Assembly: GCA_001938485.1 (NCBI GenBank)
Contig: MQRK01219369.1
Location: 10,691-74,690, forward strand
Reading direction: 5' to 3'
DNA from: Girardia tigrina
Taxonomy: Eukaryota
DNA length: 64,000 nt
Shown: positions 26,277-40,800 of the stretch, in pieces
How the letters are laid out: every line of letters starts with the position of its first letter
Position numbering within the stretch: position 1 is the first letter of the stretch
Program-made: the position numbers and the translations under genes
Notes under the pieces: model-generated
Database searches by the model: none
The model's input: the letters and a program-made list of their open reading frames with translations, nothing else
What the model was told of the DNA's origin: nothing

Positions 26277-28343
26277 GTAAAATAATTCTTTTTATTTATT
26301 CATATATATTTTATCAGTTTTAGGTAAATAATTGCGTATTTAATAAATAATTTTAATCTTCCTATTCTTTGATGTTTTGTTGAAGATTGATAAATGTGTG
26401 ATTATTCTTCATCATTTTCATCATTATTATTCAATATTAAAAATGATAAACAAATATCGGGTTTTTTTTCAAGTTAATTTTAAATCAAAGAACAATCTTT
26501 TTTCTTTCCCTAATAATTTTGCCTTTCACTATTTTTTTTAATTTAAAATATATTACTAAGAATTACTTGTTTGTTATACAAAAAACGAACATTAAAGAGA
26601 GATCTAAACTGACTGAAACAGTGAGAATGAGTGAATATCAACGATTGCAAAGAGCGTGAATAATAATTTTTCAGTGAACGGAATTTTTGTTTCTTTTTTC
26701 CTAAACAATTTTATTGTACTTGTTATGGTGACGTTACTAATCAAAATTAACTCAGTTATCATGTCTCATTATATCCAATATTCTTTTAATTATTATTTTC
26801 TAAACAACCATGTCTTAAAGGAATGATTGATAATTTCTGTGTAAAAGGAATACGGTATGATGTAATTTGTCCTGAGAATTTCTCCCCAACAGTCACATGC
26901 AGTTGCTTCCCAGACTCGCCGAGCAGCAGTAGAGTTATATTGAGTCCTATTCGTCATATCATGGGAAAACGAGAATTTTCCATTTTATAATTTTTTTAAG
27001 AAAACTCGATTATTTTCATCCACTCAGATCTATTTCTTTTTTTAAGTTTCTGTCAAATTATAAAAACAGCTTTGTGTGCTTCTATGTTTATATCTCTTAA
27101 TCGTGTGTTTGCTTGAAATTATTTGTTATACCTCAATTTGTGACTCAATTTTAATCGTATCAAGGCACAAGTTCAACAAGATTTCCTCATTTTTTTTAAT
27201 TATCCATATTTCTACATCTGTCAAAATAGATGCTTTTCTCTCCATTAATTATCGATCGTAATGTTGAATTGCTTGTTTCGTACATTTTTTATCGTCTCTT
27301 CTTGATACACATAAATTTATGATACTTTTTTTAATTATTTTTTTAAAATAAGTCTTATCTTAATGGAAGCCTTGTAAATTTACATTTAGTTTAGATTGAG
27401 ATGTATTGTTTTTACTGAAATATTATTTGTTGAAAATTATCATTGGCATTATGAACTCACAAATTGAAAATATATAAATATAAATATTTTATTTATTTTT
27501 TATATTGTGTTCTAAAAAAATATAATTAATCGAAATTCATTGGAAATGATTATCCGATTATCTTACAACTTACTGAAAAGAAGAATTATAAAATAAAAGA
27601 ATATTTATTGAAAAGTATAATGAGAACGTTTGATTGGGAATAATTACAAATAATTCAATGTTTGGAGAATATAGAATATTTTATCCCTGAATATAAATTG
27701 TATTTTCATTAATAAATTGTATTTTATTCATTTATTTATTGATTCTGTTTTCTTTTTTTTAATTGAATTTTAATTCAACTTTTTTTCTGAATTTTCCAGT
27801 TGCTGATTTTCATTTCTCAATTCAATTTTGTTCGTAATTAAAATTTCATTTGAAAAAAAATGTTTTCTTTTTTTTGATGAACACTTGTTTGCTGAAAATT
27901 TTGTAAAAGAAAGTTTTGACAAATTATTGTTTAAGATTAAATTGTCAAAATGATAACTGTTTCTGTTTTAAATCAGAATTAAAGGAATTAGTTTTACATA
28001 AGTAAAGTTTACAAAACAAGTTTCTGATTACTGAAGTACACTCTCATTTGTAAGAAACTATGAAATATTTATTATCTTCACTTCGTTTTAATTTATTTTT
28101 GATTAATTGTTTTCGTTGAATTCAGTGAATATTATTTTCTGAAAGTACTTTTTTGTTTTTACTAAAACAACTTCTAAAATTGAGTATTTCCATTGTTTTG
28201 GGAGTGTATTTATATCTGCTTTAGACATTAAATATGGTGAAAAAAGAGTGATTTTCGATGGAATTATTATTATTTTCAATGAATAAATGTTAGTTTCATA
28301 AATAACATAATTATAATTGAAATACATTTACCCATGTATATTA

Positions 28344-28537
28344 CAGTATTTTTCGGACTATAAGGTACACCTAAAATCATTTTATTTGCTGAAAGATCGA
28401 CAATGCGCCTTATGTTGTGACGAGGCCTAGTGACCGTGAATCAATTTCTGTTTACAAAATCTGAAAAAAGACGGATGAATTTTTATCAAATATAAGGATT
28501 TTAGGTGTGCCTTAATTGTATAGTCAGAAAAATACGG
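28344..28537. mobile_element. 194-bp pogo/Tc2-like MITE
   Basis: TA|CAGTATTTTTCGGACTATAAGGTACACCTAAAATC ... GATTTTAGGTGTGCCTTA-TATAGTCAGAAAAATACGG|TA. Confidence 0.8.
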
Positions 28538-29024
28538 TAATTTTTATTCATTGTGTACACATCTGACAATAAATATAATCTTCCAAAATATATATTTTTT
28601 ATGATTTGGAATTGTAAACCATTTATCAAAGTTTAAAACAAAAAATCCAATAAATATACGAGCTCTTTGGATAAACCATGTCGATGCTAATGGTAAGTTA
28701 TGAATCTTCCAACAAAATGTTGTAATATAAATTATTTAATTATTAAAGTATCAAATTAGTGGATTTTGTACAGAACTATCAAATAGCGATGAGGTTTTTT
28801 GAAATTTTTATCGTTATATATACAATAGAATTACTTGTAATAGGACGGTAATATTAATTGATTAAATTGCAGTTTGTTTAACTGCATCAATTGTAATAAT
28901 TTGTAATTGGAAGTATTAATAAAATTTTAAAAAGGTGAATTGAGTTTTGGTTTTTGCATTGAATTCGAAATTGAAAATTTGAAAATAAAATTTTAAAATG
29001 GCTAACTAACACTTTCTTTAAGAC

Positions 29025-29458
29025 TCAGTTTTGGAATTTTCGAAATGACCCTCGTCAAAAGTAATCACTTCACGTAATCAATTCTCAATCCCTGTACAAA
29101 CTCGAACTTTCTTCAATCGACCTCGATTCCATCATCTGATAATCGTTTCGTATTCAGGACGATGATCCTTGTTCCAAAATGCCCCGATATGAAATCGAAT
29201 ACATCTAGTGTTTTGTAAGGTGTCGCATCATCCTACTGAAACCAAAACCCTCACTGCATATTGCCTATTTTCATAACAAAATTGTATAATTTCCGTGCTT
29301 GCCTAAATGGTGATGGTATGCATTTTTTGTCAATAGCAAGGGTTGAAAAAAACCACAACTAATAAGAATCATTAAAATGTAGTTATTGATAATTTCATCC
29401 ACTTACCATTTGTAAAAAAGATTATCTTAAAAAGCTCAGGTTTAATGGACCGCCTTAT
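29025..29458 (-). mobile_element. Heavily decayed, internally deleted Tc1/mariner-like remnant
   Basis: Minus strand shows fragments like AEIIQFCYEN and a GHFE-type end. Possible TA-AGGCGGTCC terminus near 29456. Confidence 0.35.
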
Positions 29459-30683
29459 ATGAATATTAGAATTGCAGAAGCTTGTATATGGCATCTGGTA
29501 ACCCTGCAATTTGTAAATAATAAATGCTAACTGAGTTTTCGTGTTACTGAAATTTTACAACAGGATTGAAATCATTAATAATAATGTCCAATTTTAATGT
29601 TTATTATTTATTAAAATCTCAAAGGTTTTGCATAACATTATTCCTTGATATATTCTCATACGTTACGAGTCAAAGATATACTTTTTTCAAAAAATTTTAA
29701 TTGTTAATTTTCCTTGGACATTATTTTTTTGCAAAGTATGAAATCCTTTCTGGGTAATATTAATATTCCTATATATCATTCCTAATTCCTAGACAATTGA
29801 CCTATTAAAAATCTAAACTTCTACATCTTATTATTTTACTGAGATTTTTTTTACTAAAATAACCATCCAATTGTAAACAATTTTTTATAGAATAAACCAT
29901 TCAATTTAGTCTACAGCGGCAGTTCCATTTTGACCCAATTTTAGTATCACTATAAAACATTTCCAGATTGATATCTTTAGTAACTCTTAGTAATTGTAGT
30001 TACTTAATTTACATCCTGTATTGTCGGTGAATATTAGTGTCTTCAGAGGAAGTTTGAATGGAATACACTCTTATAAAGATTTTAGCTTGTTCAAGAAATT
30101 AGTTTACATATTGTTTTTGAAGAGATAAATTATATTTTTCATGTTAAGAATTTTTAATTTTTCAAGAATTAGTAAAATTTGGTGTTTTATGAACAATTAA
30201 TATTCATTTAGATTAGATTTACACTTTATTCACGTTTGATATCACTTCTCCAGAAAACTGTTTTCGTTACCTCATATCTACAGACCAAGTCTGTAGACCA
30301 TAATTATGGATACTCTTAACAAATTGTGAACAACGTTAAAATTGTGTTATATTAGTATGTAGTATTATTCTTATGATTCTTATTTATTCAGATAAAATGT
30401 GTCTAAAACACAATTAGTTCAAAACTAGTCACTATTAAAGTACTTTCACTGGAACTGAACCATGCATAATTAATGAATCCGTTGAGGCATGGTTCTAATT
30501 TTATTATCTTATTCCTATAATAATTTTCTACGTTCCTTCTTTTTAGGTATACGGACTTCACGGTTTCGGATTAAAATTAATGTTATACTTCTTAGGAATA
30601 TACTTTTTATGCATTTGAGAAAATATGTGTACTTTATTAAAACATTTATTAATACTCAATAATATGTTTAACCGCTCCCATAG

Positions 30684-30764
30684 ACAAGATAAAAGCAAAG
30701 AGCAATTTCCCTGAAAGAGTTAATAAACCACTTGATACCAGTAATCATGACCTGCTCAAACGCA
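30684..30764 (+). CDS. Candidate symmetric (81 nt, phase 1 to 1) cassette exon of the NFI-like gene
   Basis: ctcccatag|AC...CGCA|gtaagt. Open in the required frame (DKIKAKSNFPERVNKPLDTSNHDLLKR). No homology support. Confidence 0.45.
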
Positions 30765-33016
30765 GTAAGTGGTTATCCACTTCACAACTTATCACAAAAA
30801 AAGATGAAAAATGATATGTACAATTAGTAAAATTAATTATTGGCACGCAAAAACTGTAACATATGATAACAATTTACCATATGATGATTTGTTGGCATTA
30901 CTTAACAATATAATGATATAAAAAATTCGATTTGAGGATTTCATTTTCTGTCAATGTGTGATTGTTTCAGAATGTCTTCATTAGACAATCATGTTGTTAA
31001 TTTATGGAAACAAAACATGAAGTAGTAAATTGTTATCAAGCGTTAGTATTTTTTTGTGTATCAATAACTAGCTTTAATTATCTATACAATGGTACCGAAA
31101 AATTATGAATGTGGAAGACTATAAATTCTAGTTTTGGTCTTATTTTTGAAGATTTAGATACATTTTGCCTGAATAAATAGCAATTATAAGTATAATACTA
31201 TATCCAAATATAACGCAATTTTAACGTTGTTCCAAGTTTGTTATCTGAATCTATAATTGATTTATGTATTTCCAATAGTAACTTTTATTTTTTCACTACT
31301 CCATGGATTATAAATCACTATTTCGATAAATATTTTAAAAATTCTTATTATACATACATATTCACTAAAAGATTTAATTTTAATTAATATTCTACACAAA
31401 AGATGTTCTTTAAATTTTCTTTACATTCTTCATCATTCTAATCTTGCGTATTGTTGTAAATAAATCCCAAAAATTAAAATGATTTCGATTTGTTCCAATT
31501 TAATTAAATGAAATTAAGATTATTTTTCATACAAAAAAAATCAAACTAATTTTCTATTACATTTACATTTTCATGTTCACACAGTGATCAATAATTATAA
31601 TCCTTTTATTCTTATTTAATTTTGAAAGATTAGTTTTTTGATCTTTTTCATCAAACATTTCTGAGGGATTGTTTGAATTTATTGAAAATTTTTTTGAAGT
31701 GTATTTTCTATGCTTTTGGTTGCGAAAAATTGTCATTACCATTCACGACTTTCAATTATTTTTCATTATTTAGTTTTACTAATAATACTTTTAATTGAAA
31801 CAAAGTATAAATAAATATCAATTAACACTTTGAAAATGTTTTTTTAATCTTACAAACGATACAAAGTTAGATCAAGTAAAGTATGTCTTTATATTAAAAC
31901 TTCTTAATACTTTTTGTTTTGAAAAACGAAGACATGAACAAACGTTAATTGTGATCAAATATTTTCACAGTTTTTGTAAGAATTTTCGGTATGTATCTTA
32001 CCGTATGTATCTTATATTTTGAGATTCGTGTAAGTGAAGAAGTCTCATGGTTCGATTCGTTCCACTTCTATAGTGGAAATTGCGAAATTTGTGATCAAAT
32101 ATTGTTAAAATTAAGTATAATTTGGTCTATGGGACTTATTCCTTTTAATATTTATACAATTTACACATTAATTTAACTTAATAAACTTAGAAAGCGTCTG
32201 TAATTTATGTACTTTATTTTAAACATTTATTAAGATTTTTATTAAGATTTTTTATTCTTTTATTAAGATTTTTGGTAACCAAAATTCAGAGATTTAATGA
32301 GATGTTATGAAACATTGATGACCGCTCACCTCACATCTCTTCACGCGAATTACTATCAGAATTTCCATCAGAATCTTTTAGTTCTTAACTGTACAGAAAT
32401 ACAATTAATTACCTTATTTCAATTCCTAAATAAACCTCATTTCAAATTCACAAATTTTAAAGGAATTTTTCAAATAATTTAAAACCAAATTTCTAAACAA
32501 TCGCTTTCTTATTCTCCATTCAGAAGCATCAATTATTTTCCTGCACTTATGCTTTATTAATTTTTGAAGTCTTCAATTTCAACTGTGTTATTTATTTTCA
32601 TCACAAATACTTTTGGATATTTACTATATATTCTAATTATTTTTCTTGATTAAAATTTTTGCAATTGTGTTACGGGTTTTAATTAATGTTGAACTGAGCT
32701 CAAATCTCAATTTAGTCCCCGCCAATGAGACCAAGCAGATTTAGGAATTCGCCAAATTATCAACGATTTTTACAAATAATTTTCGTCTTGTTTTATCTGC
32801 CACTTTTGAAAGATTTCTGTTTGTTTTGACAATTATCTTCGAAATTATCTTTTTATCAGTTTGTAAATATAAGACTGATAACAATTCACCTAGATAGACT
32901 TTCTATAGACCTTCCTTTCTCGATAATAGTTTTTGTCGAAAACTTTTAGATTTATTAAAATTAATAATAAAAGTTCATTATTTATATAAAATTTTATTTG
33001 TGAAAAATTATTTTAG

Positions 33017-33120
33017 AAGAGCTGAGACCTTGTGAACAGTCCATGGGTAAACTCAATTCTAGTTCTACAGACATTAATCTGTTAGATACATATCCTCTTT
33101 TAAAGAATTATTATCCTACG
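33017..33120 (+). CDS. nfi: NFI-like gene exon (104 nt, phase 1 to 0)
   Basis: ttttag|AA...ACG|gtaagt. Reads ELRPCEQSMGKLNSSSTDINLLDTYPLLKNYYPT and supplies exactly the phase change needed between the flanking exons. Confidence 0.75.
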
Positions 33121-35810
33121 GTAAGTATTTCTATATTTAGTATTAACTTTAATTCCAAAACAACATTAATCAAAATATTTTATCAATTTTTGGTGTAATA
33201 ATTTTCTTTTTATAGAATTCATTGTATTCTTCTTATTTTTTCAGTTGAATCAGTCGATATTTATATTTTAAAATTGAAAAATAATTCATATAGGATGAAT
33301 AAGTCTTATTTCAATCAATTATAAAAATAATTAACTTATATGATATTCTAATTAAAATTGAAAACATTCGACTAAATAAAAATAGTTGAATATTTCGTCA
33401 AGTAAAAGTTCCTTTTTTCAATCAAAAAGACTTATCTGTTGAAATTAAATATTAACAAAATTTGTACACTTGGTACCTCATTCGAATGAACGGGCTATAG
33501 CTTTCATTAGATTGGTGTAAAAGGTGTTGAACTATGTGTCTCTTTCAAAGATTTGAACCTTCTTTATCGCTCTCTTTTACTTTGATTTTCAGAATGAAGG
33601 ACTATAAAAACTAATTATAATTACGAGGTCCGTTCTTCTTGAGTCTTTGAACAGTTCTAACTACCTTTGTACAACAAGGATGGTCGAAGTAAAATATATA
33701 ATAGTCATAAAATCAAAAGCTTAAATCAAACAAAAAGAGAAGGAAAAAATTCAATTATTTAACCAATGATTTGTACTCAGCTGAGAGGTGGTACTTAATG
33801 AGTAACTGGAACCGATATTGAATCCCGTGTTTATTTTCAAGTTATTATGTATTATTTTTATTTCATTTGTAAAACTAGATTTAATACTAGATTTAACTTT
33901 AGGGGGTCTGAACATTTAGAAAGTTCTGTTTTAATTTTTCAGTTATTTAATTTGTCATAATAATTTAACATTCAAGAAATGAAACTTTGTCATTGAATTT
34001 TTATGAATTTTCTCTCTTTAATAGGTTCTCTTTTTGATATTAAAAGAATGTGATGTTTTAAAAAAAACATATAACATATTTAATTAATATATTAAAATTA
34101 ATTAATGAAAATTATTGTCTTTTATTGTAAAGAAGAATATATTTCAAGTAAAAAAACAAATAAGATTTCAGAAATTTTACTTGGATGGTTGAATATGAAG
34201 TGGCCACGGTCTAAGATCGATTTTCATTTTTAAAATTATAGTATGTTCTTCAAAAAGTTTATCAGTTGTTAGTAAAATTAATGCAATAAAAATTTCTTAA
34301 ACTTGTTTAAGTAAATAAAATCGATCACGCAATAGAAAGATTAAATTTGAAAACTAAAGTATCAATTTATATTGTTTGTTTTGGTTAAGAGACGATTGGA
34401 ACAGCAAAAAAAGTTGGGGTTCAAAGAGTACATGTTTTAAATGTTAAAAAATGTTTAAAAATGTCACTAAATATATTAAAAGATATTATATTATATTATA
34501 TTATATTAGGATACATTATTACTAGAATATGTTATACAAAGAGTATATTAGAAAGTCTTAGTACCAGCAAATTTTTTAATACGATGTAGGTTCAGAGTGC
34601 TTTTGCTCTTTTATTTCTATTAAAGAATGGAACTTTATAATTATAGCATCTATCATACTTAAATGTGTTTTTATCATAGAACTTCTACGTTTTGAAAGAA
34701 TCATCAAGGTAAAATATAATTTTCCATAGAGTCCCTCTGCTGAAATATTAATGCTATTTGATTTGTCACAAGATCATAAACAGAAAGAGTAGTGAAAAAA
34801 ATGTATAGATTCATAAATAAAGTAATTTCAATTCCAAAGTATATATTATCTTTACCTAATACACAAAAACTCATCTAAAAGCTATTCCATAAATTATTTA
34901 GAGAGATTATATTAAGCTACTTAAACATTAAAATGTATATTTTATTTAACTCAGTACAGTTGCGTCCACCAAGGAACAGTCGAAACAGTTTCTAATGACA
35001 AGTAATGTACTTATGTTTGAGTTTTGACGAACAGTTTTACTTTTTTGAACTTAATTGTTCATTATGAATTATACTATGATAGATTGGATCGAGGTGCGAT
35101 TTTAATTAGTGTACAAATTGTACTGAACGAATGACTGACTGATTATTAAGGTAAGTTTTTCAACGTCATTGTTTTCTGATTTTTTTAATTCGTGGGCCAG
35201 CATTAAAAAAAATATTATTCTTTAAATTCACCAACATAAAACTGTTAACAATGCTCTCAAATTACTAAACATATATGTACGTAAATTATTATTTATTTAG
35301 ATATATTTATAAAGGTAAATTTGTTCTATGTCGACTTTATTTGGAATTGATCACTTCATCGAGTAGAAAATAATTATATATTTAATTGAAGTATCTGCTG
35401 GTGAATCTATGTTGAAGTTAGTGAAATAATATTCGTACATATTAAACAAAATTTACCCAAAAATATTATTTACTATTTTATATAAAGGTAAGTAAAAATT
35501 TTCAATTTTTATAATTTGATTTTTTTCGAATAACTTCGTGGAATTTACAATTCTAGTTAAGAATTTAAGTACAGGCCGCTCAGTCACTATTAGTTCAAGG
35601 ACCTTTTAAGAAAAATGTTATGCAGAAAGAATATATTACAATATTAAGATTGTGTCAATAAAATAAATTTTATAATGTTAAACCATAAAAACATATGCTA
35701 ACAATAAAAATAATAGAAATCGTTTGATTAACTGATCCATACATTAAAAATAAATTCCATACTTTTTACTTTACAATTTTACATAACATTAACTTCTATA
35801 TTTTTGTCAG

Positions 35811-35983
35811 TATACGGAAGATTTAAAACAAAATCTGATGGAGTCCAAAATCAGAAGAGGAACGTGCTGTAATAATATTATTCAGCCCATATCGGGCATA
35901 AAGAGACCTGCACAAACCACTTCTAACAGCACGGGGAGTCCACCAAATATTAGTGTGGATGGAAACTGTCATCAGTGCCATAG
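35811..35983 (+). CDS. nfi: NFI-like gene exon (173 nt, phase 0 to 2)
   Basis: tttgtcag|TAT...CATAG|gtatac. Same frame as ORF 35838-36035. Confidence 0.8.
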
Positions 35984-36088
35984 GTATACTTTAGTCTTTA
36001 TTTTTTTAGTCCTTTTTATTAATAATTTATCCTAGTCAAATAATTAATTAATTTTGAAATTTCCAAATTTATCGGTTTTGTTTTTCAG

Positions 36089-36543
36089 TCCTCCTAATTT
36101 ATCTGATGTCAAAACGAAAAATACTGAAATTGCCCCTACTCCTAGAAAAGCAGATATTTTACCTACTTATCGATTAAATTCTTTCAAGAAAACTGAAGAT
36201 TCACCATCATCTTCCATATTTTCTAATGGTAAAGACAGAGAGATTTATGGACAAGCTCCTGAACTATTGGCTGAAGAACCAACCGATATGAAACAGTCGT
36301 TATCTTGTGAAGCAATGAGAACGGTGTCGCGTTTAACAAATGAATCTCCAATCATTGGATTGTCTAGTAATGGTAGCGGCAAAAATACCCCTAGACAACC
36401 TGCAAAAAAGCGATTAGAAGCCCGAACACCCACATTTCTTTCCGACGATCAATTGGACACATTTTCTTCGATGAGTTCGCCAATCGATCATAAACTTAGT
36501 TCATCCAGTAATAGTGTTTCGGCTTTCCGAGTTGTACAGAAAA
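36089..36543 (+). CDS. nfi: NFI-like gene exon (455 nt, phase 2 to 1), S/T/P-rich with a basic PAKKR patch
   Basis: tttttcag|T...AAAA|gtaatt. Same frame as ORF 36054-36599. Confidence 0.85.
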
Positions 36544-37226
36544 GTAATTATTTTTCGTATAATAATTTATTTCTTATTTTACTATTAGTAAATATATAGG
36601 ATTAAATTTTAATAATTTAATGATGGCAGAATGAAATAATTGACAGATTAAAAACCTTTTTGTAAATATTATCCACATTATTTTTTTCATTTCATCTGTC
36701 GAAGCTTCGAAAATAAGACAAATTTAAGCCAAAGATAAAGTGATGTACTGTTCTAACATTAAACATGATTTAAATGTTGGAAATAGAGAACATGATCAAT
36801 AATATAGGTTTAAAACTATAATTTACGATAATTAATGTAATATTATTGACGAAGAAAAATTGAACATCTTCATTAATTGAAGCAATATTTAATATCGCTT
36901 ACGTTTATTACCTATTTACAATAATTTATGGAATTGCGAATCTAGAAAGGCCGTATTTGATAATCAATGATTACTTTAGGATTAGAAATCTTACAAAGCA
37001 AGTTTATCTAGAAGAATTATTAATTCGTTTTCAAATTGATAGTAAATACACATTGATTGAAGGAACATTTATGACTAGTGAAGATTAATTATAAAATAAA
37101 ACAGCCAAAAGACTTTCGAATACATATTTATGTATCCATACGTATCTTCTATACACCATTTTAAGAATCTAGGAACATTCTCTTTCATTGACTTAAAAAA
37201 ATTAAAAAATATCAATATCTCATTTA

Positions 37227-37794
37227 CAGTGTTATGGTTAGGGCTCCCTTGCCTCCCAACCGAGGGGGGGGGCATTGCTCCACACAGTACATAGGGGCCC
37301 AGACAGTTAGAACGGAAAGAAATCACAATGCATAAATCTCTTACGATGATTAATTAAATGTTGTCATGATAAATTCAAACTTGTCATAACAGCAGTTAGA
37401 TGACAATATTATAATTAAATAATAGAACGTAGTTTCAGCAAATTAAAATTAATAAAAATGTTCATCATGCTACAATGTCTGACCAACGACTGTCTGCGTT
37501 AGCAATGATTTCCATTGAAAGCGGAACAGATAAAACCCTTGATTATGATGAACTGGTATCAACTTTCGCTTCACTGAAGGCGCGTAAGAAGTAATTTGTA
37601 TGAACAATCGTGTGAAAACCTTTATTATTAATTAGAATTTGACAATTCTTCAGACATTAGTAATCATGTATTTTTTCTCATATAATTTAGTATTACATTT
37701 TTATTAAAATACTTATTCTTATGAATTTTTATACCTTTTTGGTGGGCCCATTTTGACACTTATGGGGGACCTTAGAAGGTTAGCCACGACAATG
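37227..37794 (+). mobile_element. Deleted hAT (Tip100-like) element retaining the C-terminal dimerisation region (37425-37593)
   Basis: ERSFSKLKLIK...TMSDQRLSALAMISIE...LDYDELVSTFASLKARKK*. Degenerate TIRs CAGTGTTATGGTTAG / TTAGCCACGACAATG. 8-bp TSD-like CTCATTTA / CCTATTTA. Confidence 0.75.
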
Positions 37795-37802
37795 CCTATT
37801 TA

Positions 37803-38470
37803 CATAGTCTGTTCAATAAATACGCTAACTAAAATCACAAATTTATTTTATAAAATTTAGTGTGTATCAATCTTTTCCCTTCATAATATTCTCTTTTTGT
37901 ATGTATTCATTTATTCCATCTCCATTTCCATTGTTTAAAACATTCATGATAGTTATCGCGTTTTATCATCTCCTAATAACCCCAGTGTCGCCGCCAAATT
38001 ACCGTTTTGCGTTTTGGGAATAAAAAAAATCGAAGGGAACTGTGTTGCGAAAATGATAGTGATCTTGTGTTATGATGGAATTACGAACCGCAAGAATGAG
38101 CGGATACATTGTCGTGATCCATCTATCACAATCATACGAATTTTGTCGCACACATTGCATACGATCCTTCAATCGCTTGAGAACATCTTTGTAAAAAGTA
38201 CGATTCATTGTTAGTCTTTCAAGGAAACATAAATGATGTACAACACGTCGTAGAAGAACGTCAGGGTCTTGCATCATCATTGCACTCTAGATGACCTTCA
38301 CTGATACGCTTGATTCACTTGAAAGGATTGTTTTCTTCAGTGCATTATATCCATAGATAGTGGTTAAGATTTCATGGATTTCTTGAGTTTTTCAAATTTT
38401 CACCATGCCAAAGTTTCTTCATACAGTCATAAAAATACCTCAAATATTTTGTCAAACTAGGCATGAAATA
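37803..38470 (-). mobile_element. Decayed mariner remnant
   Basis: ORF 37999-38280 has TMNRTFYKDVLKRLKDR and VPFDFF. TIR-like TA|CATAGTCTGTTCAATAAAT. Confidence 0.6.
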
Positions 38471-38862
38471 TTTTAACTTTTTCACCTACTTAGGTTATTC
38501 TAGCAGTATTTATGATTTATGCTTATCTAATAAAGTTCGGTACTTTAAGTTTATATTTAAAAAAATAATAATTAAATGTATTATCAAACGATATTTCATC
38601 ATGGTATTTAAAGATTTGTGAGTTAAATTGTCGAGTTAACTTTGTTAGTACAATAATAATATTCGGAGGAAAACAAATTAAGAGAGCAAAAAGTATTTTT
38701 AAAAAAAGTAAAAGAAATAAGGAATTTTTGAAATTGGTGTTGAAAAAGGGGAGTTCATTAAATTAAAAAAAAGTCCCGACAGCTACTTGAAATACTTAAT
38801 AATTAAAAATAAAATGTAATATTTTGTCAAATGTTTAGGTTTATTTATATTTATTTTTACAG

Positions 38863-39169
38863 AAAATTTGATAAATCCAGATATAAAACAAGAATTGAAA
38901 ACTCGTGAAGAACCCATTGAAATGGAACTGGATACTATCTTTCCTAGCAATATCAATGATACTAAAGATGATGAGTTTCAATATGGAAATTGTCATCCTG
39001 ATGGTCTACTTTTATCAGAAGCAACATCTAATGAAAGAAAAGACCCAGAAAATGGTAAACTTTCTGAATTAGGAATATCAAGGGGATCCGAAATTTATAA
39101 GAAAATGAGTGATATCGATCCTTTAACCACACCTTCTCCATTAGATTACCTTTTGATGGCCATTTCTAG
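38863..39169 (+). CDS. nfi: NFI-like gene exon (307 nt, phase 1 to 2), acidic
   Basis: tttttacag|AA...TCTAG|gtattg. Same frame as ORF 38868-39176. Confidence 0.85.
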
Positions 39170-39210
39170 GTATTGAAGACTGTTTATAACAATTTTTAAA
39201 AATCTTTTAG

Positions 39211-39466
39211 ACAAACTCCTGGGTTTTCAACTCCAGGTGATCAAATGCCAATATCAGGAACTACAGCAATAGAATCTAATCATGTTATGGGATCCCCTAT
39301 ATTTTGTGGACATAAAACTCCATTAAATTCCAGTTTTCATGAAAATTGTTTTAATAATACATCGAGATTTTCTTTATCAACTTCTTCGACTGTTAGTTGT
39401 AGATTTACTCCTGAACAAGCATCTGTGATGTTAAATGCTTTACGAAATTCACCACTAGGAAATAGT
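39211..39466 (+). CDS. nfi: NFI-like gene exon (256 nt, phase 2 to 0), after a 41-nt intron
   Basis: cttttag|A...AATAGT|gtattt. Same frame as ORF 39245-39517. Confidence 0.8.
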
Positions 39467-39522
39467 GTATTTATAATTCACTCAATTCTTGACATAAAAC
39501 AATTATTGTTTTTTTAATTTAG

Positions 39523-39619
39523 AACCCAGAAATAATTGATATGCTTTATAACATGATGCAGCAATATGGAATCAACCATCCATGTAACAGTGACGGTGCT
39601 AATTGTGAACACACATATC
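39523..39619 (+). CDS. nfi: NFI-like gene exon (97 nt, phase 0 to 1); ends at stop 39624 if the donor is not used
   Basis: aatttag|AAC...TATC|gttagt. Reads NPEIIDMLYNMMQQYGINHPCNSDGANCEHTY. Confidence 0.75.
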
Positions 39620-39675
39620 GTTAGTAAATTCTTTTAGTATTTTTATGCATATATATATATATACATACATATATG

Positions 39676-39707
<32 letters not shown>

Positions 39708-39714
39708 GATCATA

Positions 39715-40800
39715 TGGTGTATACGAATGGTTAATTTAAAGCATACATACAAAATGTTATAAATTTAATATAGCCTCAAAATGTTAATTTGAATCGATTT
39801 GTATACAAGGAAAATTTTCAAAATCGAAAATGAAAAGTAAATTTTTTTTGTTACTCCTAGTTTTTAAAAATGAGTGAGTGTTTGGACTGGGAACAAAGCC
39901 TTTCAAAACGTTTTAATAAAAATGTGCTCCTACTCTTTGGTTTGCAAGATTCTGATATGATTATTTTAACTACTCGACGACTATCCTGGATTCCTATAAG
40001 TATCTCTGTGAAAATATCTGAGAGATTAGGTATTGACAATTTGATTGCTTTTCATTATTTTAATAAGAAATTTAAGTTCACCTGTAAGTTCGATAAATGG
40101 TTAAACACTCTCTTTGACAACACAAAATCATATGGATGGTGAGTATACACCCATTTCTGTTCTTGAATGCCATGAAAAAGATCTTTTCTTATGCCAAAGC
40201 GTAAAGACAAGTTAAAATTTTGTTCTAGACAACAACTTCTGAATAGATAAAGCTGACAGTAAGAAAACGAAAGCACTGAGTCTCTAGAAAAATCTTACTT
40301 TCGTTAATTAAAAATGTCATTTTTCGTTGAGATTGTAAAGGAAGTATTTTTAACGTCTTCCACCTGTTGAAACAATAACAGTGGACAAGGACTTTGAGTA
40401 TCTCACTAAATTCAGTATGGATAATCAAGCGAAACATCTAATTTTGGTTTTACACTACGATTAACCAAACCAAATGACTGGAACAGGAAAAGATTTGATA
40501 TAGGAGTTATATTTTAAAAATAAAAAACTTTGCCCCTTTTGATTTTTATCTATTTTGGACACAAAAGAATAATTTAAATGGCGAAAAATTAAAGTCTCTA
40601 GAAGCGGTTACAACCTTCTTTGGAGGGAAACCACGCAGTTTTTATGAAGAATGAATAGATTATTTTTTTAAAACTTCTGGTAAAATTTGCAGAAAATTAT
40701 TGTGAATACATAATTAAATAAGAAGGCTATTTACATTAAAATGTATTTTATTTAATTTTATTAAATTCTGACAAAATGTTTGTAATCATCTATTATATAT
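39715..40800 (+). mobile_element. Highly decayed mariner-like remnant
   Basis: Residual FAPFDFYLF...NNLNGEK, resembling mariner LAPSDYHLF..L.N.L.G, at about 40525-40590. Many stops; boundaries approximate. Confidence 0.45.

Noticed and set aside
25983-26285. ORF ending METVAQAPQTNLSMCPGH as a gene start
   Set aside because: The ATG coincides with a splice acceptor, and the phase-1 frame gives an NFI-like motif and joins the neighbouring exons.
34955-35156. Extra exon candidates with good splice-like sites (donor AAG|GTAAGT at 35151)
   Set aside because: They have stops or incompatible phase and are not needed for the gene model.
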